Program-made: the position numbers and the translations under genes
Notes under the pieces: model-generated
Told to the model about the DNA's origin: nothing
Seen by the model: the letters and a program-made list of their open reading frames with translations, nothing else
Databases searched by the model: none
Origin: an uncultured Chloroflexia bacterium
GTDB lineage: Bacteria > Chloroflexota > Limnocylindria > Limnocylindrales > CSP1-4
Assembly: GCA_963813535.1 (NCBI GenBank)
Contig: CAWEZH010000002.1
Span: forward strand, 1,280,001 to 1,344,000
DNA length: 64,000 nucleotides
Direction of reading: 5' to 3'
Part shown: piece after piece, positions 37,615 through 47,235 of the stretch
Position numbering within the stretch: the first letter of the stretch is position 1
Layout of the letters: each line of letters begins with the position of its first letter

Positions 37615-38374
37615 CCGCATCGAGGCCGTCGCCATCGAGGGTCTCGGAGAGATCGTCCCCGGGGACGACCTGCCGGCCCTCATCGCCAGCGCAGTCGCGG
37701 GCGCAACGAGCGTCCTGCCGCTGCGTGACGACGATGTCCTGGTCGTCACCCAGAAGGTCGTGTCGAAGGCCGAGGGCGCCGTGGTCGACCTGACCACGAT
37801 CGAGCCGCGAGCCGAGGCGGTCGAGTACGCCCAGCGGTTCGACCGTGACCCACGCCAGGTCGAGCTCGTGCTTCGCGAAGCGAAGCGGGTCGTGCGCATG
37901 GACAACGGTCTGGTCATCACCGAGACCCACCATGGGTTCGTCTGCGCGAACGGCGGTATCGATGCGTCGAACGTCGGGCCACGTACCGGGGACATCGTCA
38001 CGCTGCTGCCGCGCGACCCGGACGCCTCCGCCGACGCGATCCGGGCGGCGATCCGAGACCGCATCGGGCATGACCTGCCGGTGATCGTGTCGGACAGCTT
38101 CGGGCGGCCCTGGCGGTTCGGCATCGTCGATGTCGCGATCGGCGTGTCGGGCCTGCTGCCGCTCGACGATCTCCGTGGCACCCCCGACGCCGACGGCCGC
38201 GTGATGAAGTCGACGGTCCGCGCCGTCGCCGACCAGATCGCCTCGGCCGCGGAGCTCGCACTCGGCAAGACGGCCCGCCGGCCGCTGGCCCTGGTCCGCG
38301 GCGCCACGTTCCGCCGCGGCGAGGGCCGCATCGCGGATATGGTCATGCCCGCGGAGATGGACCTCTTCCGCTAA
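37607..38374 (+). CDS. cofE: Coenzyme F420-0:L-glutamate ligase (single domain)
   Basis: QKVVSKAEG, CANGGIDASN, LPRDPDASA, DSFGRPWR, DLFR. Confidence 0.95.
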   Translation: MADRIEAVAIEGLGEIVPGDDLPALIASAVAGATSVLPLRDDDVLVVTQKVVSKAEGAVVDLTTIEPRAEAVEYAQRFDRDPRQVELVLREAKRVVRMDNGLVITETHHGFVCANGGIDASNVGPRTGDIVTLLPRDPDASADAIRAAIRDRIGHDLPVIVSDSFGRPWRFGIVDVAIGVSGLLPLDDLRGTPDADGRVMKSTVRAVADQIASAAELALGKTARRPLALVRGATFRRGEGRIADMVMPAEMDLFR

Positions 38375-38384
38375 CCTCCGGCCG

Positions 38385-39284
38385 ATGAAGGTCGGGCTCC
38401 AGATCTGCTCGTTCACGTGGCCCGGTGGGTCCGAGGCGATCGCACCGACCCTCGCCCGGATCGTCCGGGACGCCGACGAGATGGGCTTCGACTCGATCTG
38501 GGTCATGGACCACTTCTTCCAGATCCGTGGCGTCGGCCGGATCGAGGAACCCATGCTCGAGGGCATGACGACTCTTGGCTTCATGGCCGCCCATTCCATA
38601 CGCGCCCGGCTGGGGCTCATGGTCGGTGGCATCCACTACCGCAACCCGGGGCTGTGGGTCAAGGCGACGACGACGCTCGACGTCCTCTCGGGCGGCCGCG
38701 CCTGGCTGGGCATCGGCGCGGCCTGGAACCAGGAGGAATCGCGCGCGCTCGGCTTCCCGTTCCCACCGCTCGGCGAGCGGTTCGAGATGCTCGAGGAGAC
38801 ACTCCGGATCGCCCACGGGATGTTCGAGGGCGAGCGCGGGTCGGAGGGGAGCTTCCAGGGTCGTCACTTCCGCGCCGAGCGGCTCATGAACTCCCCGCAG
38901 TCGATCTCCCGACCCCGCATCCCGATCATGGTCGGCGGCGGGGGTGAGAAGAAGACGCTTCGGCTCGTCGCCCAGTACGCCGACGCGTGCAATGTCTTCG
39001 GTTCGCCGGAGGGCATCGCGCGGAAGTTCGCGATCCTCGACGAGCACTGTGCGGCCGTCGGGCGCGACCCGCGCGAGATCGAGCGGTCGACCCTCCAGAA
39101 CGTCCGTCTCGGGCCACCGAGCTCCACCCGCACCGAGTCGCCCCAACAGATCGTCGACCGCTTCGGCGAGCTATGGGACGCCGGCGCAGAGCACATCATC
39201 TTCGAGCTGAAGGACGCCAGCGAGCCCGAGTACATGGAGGGGCTCGGCAGGGACGTTCTGCCCGCGCTCCACGCCATCGGTTGA
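38385..39284 (+). CDS. LLM class F420-dependent oxidoreductase
   Basis: WVMDHFFQI, YRNPG..TTLDVLSGGRAWLGIGAAW, GGGGEKKTLRLVAQYADACN. Confidence 0.93.
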   Translation: MKVGLQICSFTWPGGSEAIAPTLARIVRDADEMGFDSIWVMDHFFQIRGVGRIEEPMLEGMTTLGFMAAHSIRARLGLMVGGIHYRNPGLWVKATTTLDVLSGGRAWLGIGAAWNQEESRALGFPFPPLGERFEMLEETLRIAHGMFEGERGSEGSFQGRHFRAERLMNSPQSISRPRIPIMVGGGGEKKTLRLVAQYADACNVFGSPEGIARKFAILDEHCAAVGRDPREIERSTLQNVRLGPPSSTRTESPQQIVDRFGELWDAGAEHIIFELKDASEPEYMEGLGRDVLPALHAIG

Positions 39285-39349
39285 CCTAGGATGTGCGGAG
39301 AAACGCGATGCCATCACGCTCCGGGACGGCGTGGCTCGGCGCGGCGCCC

Positions 39350-39368
39350 GATACCCCCTGGGGGTATC
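39350..39368. promoter_or_regulatory. CsoR/RcnR-type operator over the trxB -35 region
   Basis: Perfect palindrome GATACCCCC-T-GGGGGTATC, 13 nt upstream of TAGCAT. Confidence 0.7.
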
Positions 39369-39394
39369 AGTGACGAAGGTGTAGCATAAGTTCG

Positions 39395-40462
39395 ATGACT
39401 GACACGCCCAACCCGTTCGGCGGGTTCTCGATCGCGATCGATGAGAGTCCCGCCCCGAGCGACCCGGTGACCAAACCGGGCGGCCCATCGACGGTCGAGA
39501 GCGGCGAGGGCCGCGTCGATGCGAAGCTCGTGGTCATCGGCTCAGGGCCCGCCGGACTGACGGCCGCGATCTACGCGGCCCGCGCCAACCTCGAGCCGGT
39601 CGTGCTCGCCGGGTCGGCGCCGGGCGGCCAACTGATGCTGACCAGCGACGTCGAGAACTACCCCGGCTTTCCGGACGGCATCCAGGGGCCGGAGTTGATG
39701 GCCGCGTTCCGTGGGCAGGCCGAACGCTTCGGCTCGCAGGTGGTCGACGTCGACATCGACAAGGTCGACTTCTCCGAGCGTCCGTTCCGGATCTGGGCGC
39801 GCGGGACCGAATACCGCGCCCAGGCGGTGATCGTGGCTACGGGCGCATCCGCACTGTGGCTCGGCATCGATAGTGAGACCAGGCTCCGCGGCAGGGGCGT
39901 ATCGGCGTGCGCCACCTGCGACGGCTTCTTCTTCAAGGATCGCGAGATTGCCGTCGTCGGCGGCGGCGACACGGCGTTCGAGGAGGCGACCTACCTCACC
40001 CGGTTCGCGACCAAGGTCCATCTGCTCCACCGTCGTGACACGTTCCGAGCGAGCAAGATCATGGTCGACCGGGCGCTCGCCCATCCCAAGATCGACGTCC
40101 ACCCGAACGTGGCGGTGGAGGAGGTCATCGGCACGGAGAAGGTGCGCGGCCTGAAGCTTCGCGACACGAAGACCGGCGGGATCGAGGAGATGGCCGTCGA
40201 GGGCGTGTTCATCGCCATCGGCTACGAGCCGAACACCGGCCCGTTCCGTGACTGGCTGGAGGTCGACGAGAAGGGCTACCTCGTCGTCCACGACGAAACT
40301 CGGTCGAAAGTCGATGGCGTGTTCATCGCCGGCGACGTCCATGACCATCGATATCGGCAGGCGGTGACCGCCGCAGCCGACGGCTGCAAGGCTGCTATCG
40401 ACGCCGAGCGCTGGCTCGAGGCACAGGGGATCACCGAAGCCGCGACCGCGACGGCCTGGTAG
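39395..40462 (+). CDS. trxB: Thioredoxin reductase
   Basis: GSGPAG, VENYPGF, SACATCDG, GGGDTA, YRQAVTAA. Confidence 0.96.
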   Translation: MTDTPNPFGGFSIAIDESPAPSDPVTKPGGPSTVESGEGRVDAKLVVIGSGPAGLTAAIYAARANLEPVVLAGSAPGGQLMLTSDVENYPGFPDGIQGPELMAAFRGQAERFGSQVVDVDIDKVDFSERPFRIWARGTEYRAQAVIVATGASALWLGIDSETRLRGRGVSACATCDGFFFKDREIAVVGGGDTAFEEATYLTRFATKVHLLHRRDTFRASKIMVDRALAHPKIDVHPNVAVEEVIGTEKVRGLKLRDTKTGGIEEMAVEGVFIAIGYEPNTGPFRDWLEVDEKGYLVVHDETRSKVDGVFIAGDVHDHRYRQAVTAAADGCKAAIDAERWLEAQGITEAATATAW

Positions 40463-40467
40463 GCCGC

Positions 40468-41196
40468 GTGGCAGTCCCGCGCCGCGAGGCGATCCTGGAG
40501 CGCCTCGGCGTGATGCCGCCCGTGTGGACGATCGTGCGGTCCGCGCTGGATGCAGCGCTCACCGATGCCGAGACCAGGGTCGACCGATCCGGGCGACCGA
40601 TCACGGCACTCGACGCCGGCTGCGGCCGCGTGTCGCAGCTCCGACCCTTCCGGTCCCGCATCGGGCGCCTGGTCGGAGCGGACATCCACCAACCGGACGA
40701 TCCCCTGCCCCACCTCGACGACTTCGTCGCCGTCGACGTGTGCGGCGCCCCCGACACCTTCCCACCCGGGACATTCGACCTGATCCTGTCGAGCTTCACG
40801 CTCGAACACTTCGCCCGGCCGTCGGCTGCGCTCGCGAACCTGCGGCAGTGGCTGGCCCCGGACGGGACGCTCATCGCCACGACGGTCAACCGGCGCCACC
40901 CGTTCGTCGCCGCCTACCTCGGCTTGCCCGACCCCGTCCGACGGCGTGTCCAACCGCTGGTCAAGTCGACTGCCGCCGACGCGCACCCGCTCGTCGGCGC
41001 CTGCAATGAGCTGTCCACGGTCGTCGATGCCCTCGCCGATGCCGGTTTCCGCGATGTCGAGGTCACCACGGTCGGACACCTCGCCCGGGCATGGGGCCGG
41101 ACCTGGCCGACGTTCGCGCTCGGCCTGGCGGGCGACCTCATCGCAAAGGACGCACCTTCCCGCCGGTCGACGATCGTCGCGGTCGCGAGGGCCTGA
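40468..41196 (+). CDS. Class I SAM-dependent methyltransferase
   Basis: LDAGCG, FDLILSSFTLEH, LAPDG. Confidence 0.85.
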   Translation: MAVPRREAILERLGVMPPVWTIVRSALDAALTDAETRVDRSGRPITALDAGCGRVSQLRPFRSRIGRLVGADIHQPDDPLPHLDDFVAVDVCGAPDTFPPGTFDLILSSFTLEHFARPSAALANLRQWLAPDGTLIATTVNRRHPFVAAYLGLPDPVRRRVQPLVKSTAADAHPLVGACNELSTVVDALADAGFRDVEVTTVGHLARAWGRTWPTFALGLAGDLIAKDAPSRRSTIVAVARA

Positions 41197-43280
41197 TGGG
41201 CTTTCCGCGAAGCGGCGGCGTGCGTGCCGCGACCGGTGGCGTGAGCCGCGGCGGCCGGGGTACCGGCGGTGGCTCGGGTGGCTTCTTCGGCCGCGGCCCA
41301 TCGGAGGATTTCGTTCCGGTACCGAAGGAGCGCCGCGGCCAGACGATCCGGCGCATCCTCGTGTTCTTCAAGCCCTACCGGCCGCAGATCGCCGTCGTCC
41401 TGATCGCGATCCTCATGACGAGCTTCCTCGGGCTGGTCAACCCCTACCTGCTCAAGTTGCTCATCGACGAGGCGATTCCCCAGCGCGACCTGCGGTTGCT
41501 AACCATCTACGTGGGACTGATGATCGTCCTGCCGATCATCACGGGTCTCATCGGCGTCGGTCAGTCCTACCTCAACAACCTCATCGGGCAGCGGGTCATG
41601 CAGGACCTGCGTGGGGCGTTGTACCGGCACCTGCAGTCGATGCCGCTGCGATTCTTCACCGAGACCCGGACGGGCGAGATCCAGAGCCGCCTGGCCAACG
41701 ACGTCGGTGGCGTCCAGTCGGTCGTGACCGACACGGCGAGTTCCGTGACGTCCAACCTGGCCATCGCCGCCAGCACGATCGTCGCGATGTGGCTGATCGA
41801 CTGGCGACTGACCGTCCTGTCGCTCGGTCTGCTGCCGTTCTTCATGTACCTCACGTTCCGCGTCGGCAAGGTGCGCCGCGAGGTGTCGAGCGAGACCCAG
41901 AAGTCGCTGGCCGAGATGTCGGCGCTGACCGAGGAGACCCTGAGCGTCAGCGGGATGCTGCTGTCCAAGACCTTCGGTCAGCAGGCGAACTCGGAAAAGA
42001 AGTTCCGAGCGCTCAATGCCAGGCTGGCCGAGCTCCAGATCCGCCAGGCGATGGTCGGCCGCTGGTTCTTCATGATCATCGGGACGATCTTCAGCATCAC
42101 CCCGGCGTTCGTGTACTGGCTCGCCGGCTGGCTGACGATCCAGAACGATCCGACCGCGCCGACGATCGGCGACATCGTGGCGTTCACGACGCTACAGAGT
42201 CGGCTCTTCTTCCCGATGGGCCAGCTGCTCAACGTGCAGGTCGAGATCCAGGGCGCTTTGGCGTTGTTCGACCGGATCTTCGAGTACCTCGAGATGGATC
42301 CGGAGATCATCGATGCGCCGGATGCCGTGGATCTCGCACCGACAGCCGTTCGCGGTCACGTCCGGTTGCGCGATGTGGCCTTCCGCTACCCAACCGAGGC
42401 CGTACCGTCCGAACGGGCCGCGGCGGCGTTGGCACGCAAGGACGGACTCGAGGAAGAGCAGGTCGAGGTCGCTGTCGCTGCCGCGTCGGTCGACGTCGCG
42501 GCGGTCGAGACGTTGGTCAACGCGAGCGCACGACCGGGCGAGATGCCTGCCATCGAGATGCTGCCGACGTTCGCGCTCGAGGACATCGACTTCGAGGCAG
42601 AGCCAGGAGAACTGGTCGCCCTGGTCGGGCCATCGGGCTCGGGCAAGACGACGACCACGTACTTGATCCCGCGGCTGTACGACGTCGACGCCGGGGCGGT
42701 CGAGATCGACGGCATCGACGTTCGGCGAATCAAGCTCGCGTCACTCGGCCGGATGATCGGCGTCGTGACGCAGGAGACGTACCTGTTCCACGCGTCGGTG
42801 CGCGAGAACCTGCTCTACGCCAGGCCCGAAGCGACCGAGGATGAGGTGCGCGACGCGGCTCGCGCGGCGGCGATGCACGACAGGGTCATGGAGCTGCCCG
42901 AGGGCTACGACACGATCGTCGGCGAGCGTGGCTACAAGCTGTCGGGCGGCGAGAAGCAGCGCATCGCGATCGCCCGCGTGCTGCTCAAGGACCCTCGCAT
43001 CCTCATCCTCGACGAGGCGACGTCGGCGCTGGACACCGTCTCGGAGCGGCTCATCCAGGCCGCGTTCGAGCGGCTCATGGAGGGTCGGACCACGATCGCC
43101 ATCGCCCACCGGCTCTCGACGATCCTCCGCGCGGACCGGATCCTGGTCTACGACCGCGGCCGGGTCGTCGAGCGCGGCACGCACGCCGAACTGCTCGAGC
43201 AGGGCGGCTTGTACGCGCGGCTGTATCGCGAACAGTTCCTCACCGAGGCCTCCCCGACGGAGGTCGGCGCGGCCCGCTAG
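41196..43280 (+). CDS. ABC exporter, fused TMD-NBD
   Basis: Six-TM domain, GPSGSGKT, LSGGEKQR, ILDEAT, AHRLST. Confidence 0.93.
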   Translation: MGFPRSGGVRAATGGVSRGGRGTGGGSGGFFGRGPSEDFVPVPKERRGQTIRRILVFFKPYRPQIAVVLIAILMTSFLGLVNPYLLKLLIDEAIPQRDLRLLTIYVGLMIVLPIITGLIGVGQSYLNNLIGQRVMQDLRGALYRHLQSMPLRFFTETRTGEIQSRLANDVGGVQSVVTDTASSVTSNLAIAASTIVAMWLIDWRLTVLSLGLLPFFMYLTFRVGKVRREVSSETQKSLAEMSALTEETLSVSGMLLSKTFGQQANSEKKFRALNARLAELQIRQAMVGRWFFMIIGTIFSITPAFVYWLAGWLTIQNDPTAPTIGDIVAFTTLQSRLFFPMGQLLNVQVEIQGALALFDRIFEYLEMDPEIIDAPDAVDLAPTAVRGHVRLRDVAFRYPTEAVPSERAAAALARKDGLEEEQVEVAVAAASVDVAAVETLVNASARPGEMPAIEMLPTFALEDIDFEAEPGELVALVGPSGSGKTTTTYLIPRLYDVDAGAVEIDGIDVRRIKLASLGRMIGVVTQETYLFHASVRENLLYARPEATEDEVRDAARAAAMHDRVMELPEGYDTIVGERGYKLSGGEKQRIAIARVLLKDPRILILDEATSALDTVSERLIQAAFERLMEGRTTIAIAHRLSTILRADRILVYDRGRVVERGTHAELLEQGGLYARLYREQFLTEASPTEVGAAR

Positions 43281-43283
43281 CGG

Positions 43284-43772
43284 ATGCCGACCCACAAGTC
43301 CGTCCGCCTGGAGCACCGGGGCGGGATGGCGTTCCACGCCGAGCCCTCGTCGGGTCACCCCATGGACTTCGACGACCGCGAGTCGAACACCGGTGCGAGT
43401 CCGGTCGAGACCGTCCTGTCGGCGTTGGGGTCGTGTTCGGCGATGGATGTGATCGGGATCCTGGCCAAGAAGCGCCAGGAGATCAGCGCGTATCGGATCG
43501 AGGTGAGCGGCTCACAACGCGACGAGTACCCGCAGGTCTACAGCGAGATCGTCGTGACGCATGAGCTCGAAGGGCCGGGTTTGTCCGAGGCCGCCGTCCG
43601 CCGCGCGATCGAGCTGTCGGCGACCAAGTACTGCCCGGTCAGCGCGATGATCGCCGCCGGCGCGACCACGATCCATCACCGCTACCGCATCCGGACGGCG
43701 GGCGCCGAGCACGCCAGGGAAGACGAGGTCATCTCGACCGGCCCGTACCGCCGGCCGGACGTCCTCGGGTAG
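43284..43772 (+). CDS. OsmC family protein
   Basis: SPVE..LGSCSAMDV..KYCPVS. Confidence 0.9.
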   Translation: MPTHKSVRLEHRGGMAFHAEPSSGHPMDFDDRESNTGASPVETVLSALGSCSAMDVIGILAKKRQEISAYRIEVSGSQRDEYPQVYSEIVVTHELEGPGLSEAAVRRAIELSATKYCPVSAMIAAGATTIHHRYRIRTAGAEHAREDEVISTGPYRRPDVLG

Positions 43773-43823
43773 GACAGGCGTTGGTCCTGCCGGCGTCAGG
43801 ACCCGCCGCCCACAGAACGCCAG

Positions 43824-43862
43824 GTTGCATGACTATGCACTGGCGTTGTATAGTCATGCGCC
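43824..43862 (+). promoter_or_regulatory. Tandem ARG boxes overlapping the arg operon promoter
   Basis: GTTGCATGACTATGCACT-ggc-GTTGTATAGTCATGCGCC (18-3-18), containing TTGCAT-N18-TATAGT. Confidence 0.88.
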
Positions 43863-43931
43863 CATGACGACGGTCTGTCAGGTCTCTGCGAGCAACCCGA
43901 GCCAGCCGCCTGTGAGCGGCCCCGAGCGCCT

Positions 43932-45089
43932 GTGAGCGCGGGGCTCGGATCGCCCGCGGCGGTCTCGACGGACCGCTCGTCCGGGGTCATGCCCCGCTCG
44001 GAGCGAGGGGTCCAGCCCGACGGCGGGCCTCGACGGCTCCGCGTCGGCATCGTCGGCGCCACCGGCTATGTCGGTGCCGAGCTCATCCGGCTTCTGTCCC
44101 GTCACCCGAACGTCGACATCGTGGGGCTGGCCGGTCGCGACCGTCACGACGACCCGATCGGCGGCTATCACCCGCATCTTGCCGCCACCGACCTCACCGT
44201 CCGCACCAACCTTCCCGAGGTCGACGCCGCGTTCCTTGCCCTCCCGCACGGCGCGGCGGTCGACCTCGTCCCTGATCTCATCGCCGCCGGGACCACGGTC
44301 ATTGACCTTGGTCCCGACTTCCGGCTGCGCGATCCGGACGACTACCCGCGCTGGTACGGCTTCGATCACCCCCGGCCCGACCTTCTCGAGCTCGCCGTCT
44401 ACGGCCTCCCCGAGCTCCATCGCGAGGAGCTCCGGGCACTCGTCGACGCTGACGTGGCCATCGTCGGTTCGCCCGGCTGCTACCCGACGGCGACGCTGCT
44501 CGCCCTGGCTCCGCTCGCCCGCGCCGGTCTCATCGGTGACCTCGTGGTCGATGCCAAGAGCGGCGTGTCCGGCGCCGGCCGCGACCCGAAGCCCGAGATG
44601 ATGTTCGGCGAGGTCGACGAGAGCGTGAAGGCGTACGGCCTGGGCGGCCATCGCCACGTCGCCGAGATCGAGCAGGAGCTAGCCGTCGCCGCGCTCGATG
44701 CCGGCCTCGAGCCAGATGCCAACCCCGGTGCGATGGCCGTCGACTTCCTCCCGCATCTCATCCCGATGGTGCGTGGCATCCTCTCGACGAATCACGTTCG
44801 GCCGACTCGCCCCATAACCCAGGCCGAAGTCGACGATCTCTACCGGACGGCGTACGCCGACGAGCCGTTCGTCCGGGTCGTCGCCGACCCGCCGGCCACG
44901 AAGCACACGACGGGGAGCAACCACGTCCTCGTGCACGCCCGGGTCGACGAGCGCACGGAGCGGCTGATCGTGATCGCCGCCGAGGACAACCTCGTGAAGG
45001 GTGCCGCCGGTCAGGCGATCCAGGCGTTCAACATCGTCCACGGGCTGGCCGAGACGGCCGGCCTCGAGCAGCTCCCGCTGGCGCCCTGA
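43932..45089 (+). CDS. argC: N-acetyl-gamma-glutamyl-phosphate reductase
   Basis: GATGYVG, YGLPE, PGCYPT, SGVSGAG, DNLVKGAAGQA; start uncertain. Confidence 0.95.
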   Translation: MSAGLGSPAAVSTDRSSGVMPRSERGVQPDGGPRRLRVGIVGATGYVGAELIRLLSRHPNVDIVGLAGRDRHDDPIGGYHPHLAATDLTVRTNLPEVDAAFLALPHGAAVDLVPDLIAAGTTVIDLGPDFRLRDPDDYPRWYGFDHPRPDLLELAVYGLPELHREELRALVDADVAIVGSPGCYPTATLLALAPLARAGLIGDLVVDAKSGVSGAGRDPKPEMMFGEVDESVKAYGLGGHRHVAEIEQELAVAALDAGLEPDANPGAMAVDFLPHLIPMVRGILSTNHVRPTRPITQAEVDDLYRTAYADEPFVRVVADPPATKHTTGSNHVLVHARVDERTERLIVIAAEDNLVKGAAGQAIQAFNIVHGLAETAGLEQLPLAP

Positions 45090-46450
45090 TGGCCGTCTCC
45101 GAGCTGTCGTCGCCGTCACGCCCGGCCGTGGAGCGGCGGGCAGCCATGCCCGGTGGCTTCGTCGCCGGGGGTGCCACGGCCGGCATCAAGGCCTCGGGCC
45201 GGCCGGACCTCGGCCTCATCGTGGCGACCGAGGGATCCGCGGCGGCCGCCGCCGTGTTCACCCCGAACGCCTTCGCGGCCGCTCCCGTGACGCTGTCCCG
45301 GGCCAATCTCGCGGCCACCTCGGATGATCCGCGCGGCGGGTTCGGCTTCGCCTCGGCGATCGTGTCGACCAGCGGCTGTGCGAACGCCGCGACCGGCGCC
45401 GCTGGTGACGGCGACCAGGAACGGGTCGGTGGGATCGTGTCGTCCGCCCTCGGCATCGACACCGAGCGCGTGCTGCACCTGTCGACCGGCATCATCGGTA
45501 CGCGCCTGCCGCTCGATCGCGTCGAGAAGGGCGTCGCGTCGCTCACACCGACGCTCACCGGCGATGACGACAGCCTCGCGGCCGTCGCCGAGGCCCTGCG
45601 CACGACCGACTCGGTCGCCAAGGTCGCCACGACGTCCCTGGTGCTGCCCGCCGTCGATGGCGAGCCGATGACCGTGACGATCACCGGCATCGCGAAGGGG
45701 GTCGGCATGATCCATCCGAACATGGCGACGATGTTGTCGGTCCTCCTGACCGACGCTGCCGCCGCGCCCGAGGTCCTCTGGGGCCTGCTCAGACCGGCCG
45801 CCGCTCGGACCTGGGACCAGCTGTCGGTCGATGGCGATACGAGCACCAACGACACGGTGTTCCTGCTGGCGTCGGGCAAGGCCGGGGCAGCTCCATTGAG
45901 CGCCGGCGGGAATGCAGCGGTGGCGTTCGGTGCCGCGCTCGAGGCCGTGGCACGTGACCTTGCGCGTCAGCAAGCGGCCGACGGCGAGGGGGCGACGATC
46001 CTGATCACCGCCTCGGTCACGGGCGCCGCGGATGACACCGAAGCACGCGCAGTCGCGCGCGCCGTCGTGTCGAGCAGCCTGGTGAAGGCCGCCGCACACG
46101 GCAAGGACCCCAACTGGGGTCGCATCGCGGGCGCGGCGGGGAATGCCGTGACGGCGTCCGCCGCTGTGCTCGAAGCGGCGGGTCTGTCCCGCGACGAGGC
46201 CACTGCCCGCGCCGCCCAGCCAGCCGCGCTCGACCCGGATCGGCTGCGCATCTCCATCGCCGGCCACCTGGTCTTCGATGGCAGCAAGGGCGGACCGCTC
46301 GACTTCGATCGCGCCGCCGCGCGCGCCGCGATGGACGCCCCTGAGCTCCTGATCGAGCTCGATCTGGGCCTCGGCGCCGGCACCGGCGAAGCCTTCGGCT
46401 GCGACCTGACCGAGGAATATGTCATCGAGAACTCGGAGTACACCACCTGA
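45089..46450 (+). CDS. argJ: Ornithine acetyltransferase / N-acetylglutamate synthase
   Basis: KGVGMIHPNMATML, DGDTSTNDT, DGEGAT, DPNWGRI. Confidence 0.96.
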   Translation: MAVSELSSPSRPAVERRAAMPGGFVAGGATAGIKASGRPDLGLIVATEGSAAAAAVFTPNAFAAAPVTLSRANLAATSDDPRGGFGFASAIVSTSGCANAATGAAGDGDQERVGGIVSSALGIDTERVLHLSTGIIGTRLPLDRVEKGVASLTPTLTGDDDSLAAVAEALRTTDSVAKVATTSLVLPAVDGEPMTVTITGIAKGVGMIHPNMATMLSVLLTDAAAAPEVLWGLLRPAAARTWDQLSVDGDTSTNDTVFLLASGKAGAAPLSAGGNAAVAFGAALEAVARDLARQQAADGEGATILITASVTGAADDTEARAVARAVVSSSLVKAAAHGKDPNWGRIAGAAGNAVTASAAVLEAAGLSRDEATARAAQPAALDPDRLRISIAGHLVFDGSKGGPLDFDRAAARAAMDAPELLIELDLGLGAGTGEAFGCDLTEEYVIENSEYTT

Positions 46451-47235
46451 TGTCCGAGATCCTCGTCGTCAAGTTGGGTGGCACCACCATCGCGGAGCAG
46501 TCGCAGGTGCTCGCGGACGTGGCAGCGATCGCCCGTCGCCGGCCGGTCGTCCTCGTCCACGGCGGCGGCAAGCGCATCACCGAGTGGCTGGAGCGCCTCG
46601 GCGTGCCGTCGAAGTTCGAGGGCGGTCTCCGCGTCACCGATGCCCAGTCCCTCGAAGTGGCCGCCGCGGTCCTACGCGGAGTCGTCAACAGCGAGCTCGT
46701 CGCCGGGTTGCGCGATCTCGGCGTCGATGCGGTCGGGCTGTCAGGGGTCGATGGCGGGCTGCTCATCGCGGAGCGCATCCCCCATCTCGGCCTCGTCGCC
46801 AGCGTGACCGGCTTACGCCGCGACCTGCTCGACGCGGTCCTCGTCTCGGGCCAGGTGCCGGTCGTCGCGCCGCTCGCGAGGGACGCCGAGGGCATCGTCT
46901 GCAATGTCAACGCCGACGACGCCGCGGCGGGCATCGCCGCCGGCCTCGGTGCCCGCCAACTCGTCCTCCTCACCGATGTCGACGGCGTCCGCGACGCCGA
47001 CGGCGGCAAGCTCGACACCCTGACCGTGGCCGAGGCGGAGCACCTCATCGACAGCGGCGTCATCGCCGGCGGTATGGTGCCCAAGATTCGTGCGGCTCTG
47101 TCGGCGCTGGGCTGGGAGGGAGCGGAGGCGATCATCGCCGACGCCGCTGCGGACGATGCGCTGGAACGCGCCCTGAGCGACCCGACCTTCGGCACGCGCA
47201 TCACGGCGACGCGCCAGGCGGTGGGCGCGGCATGA
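46450..47235 (+). CDS. argB: Acetylglutamate kinase
   Basis: VKLGG, VHGGG, GLRVTD, NVNAD, GGMVPK. Confidence 0.95.
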   Translation: MSEILVVKLGGTTIAEQSQVLADVAAIARRRPVVLVHGGGKRITEWLERLGVPSKFEGGLRVTDAQSLEVAAAVLRGVVNSELVAGLRDLGVDAVGLSGVDGGLLIAERIPHLGLVASVTGLRRDLLDAVLVSGQVPVVAPLARDAEGIVCNVNADDAAAGIAAGLGARQLVLLTDVDGVRDADGGKLDTLTVAEAEHLIDSGVIAGGMVPKIRAALSALGWEGAEAIIADAAADDALERALSDPTFGTRITATRQAVGAA

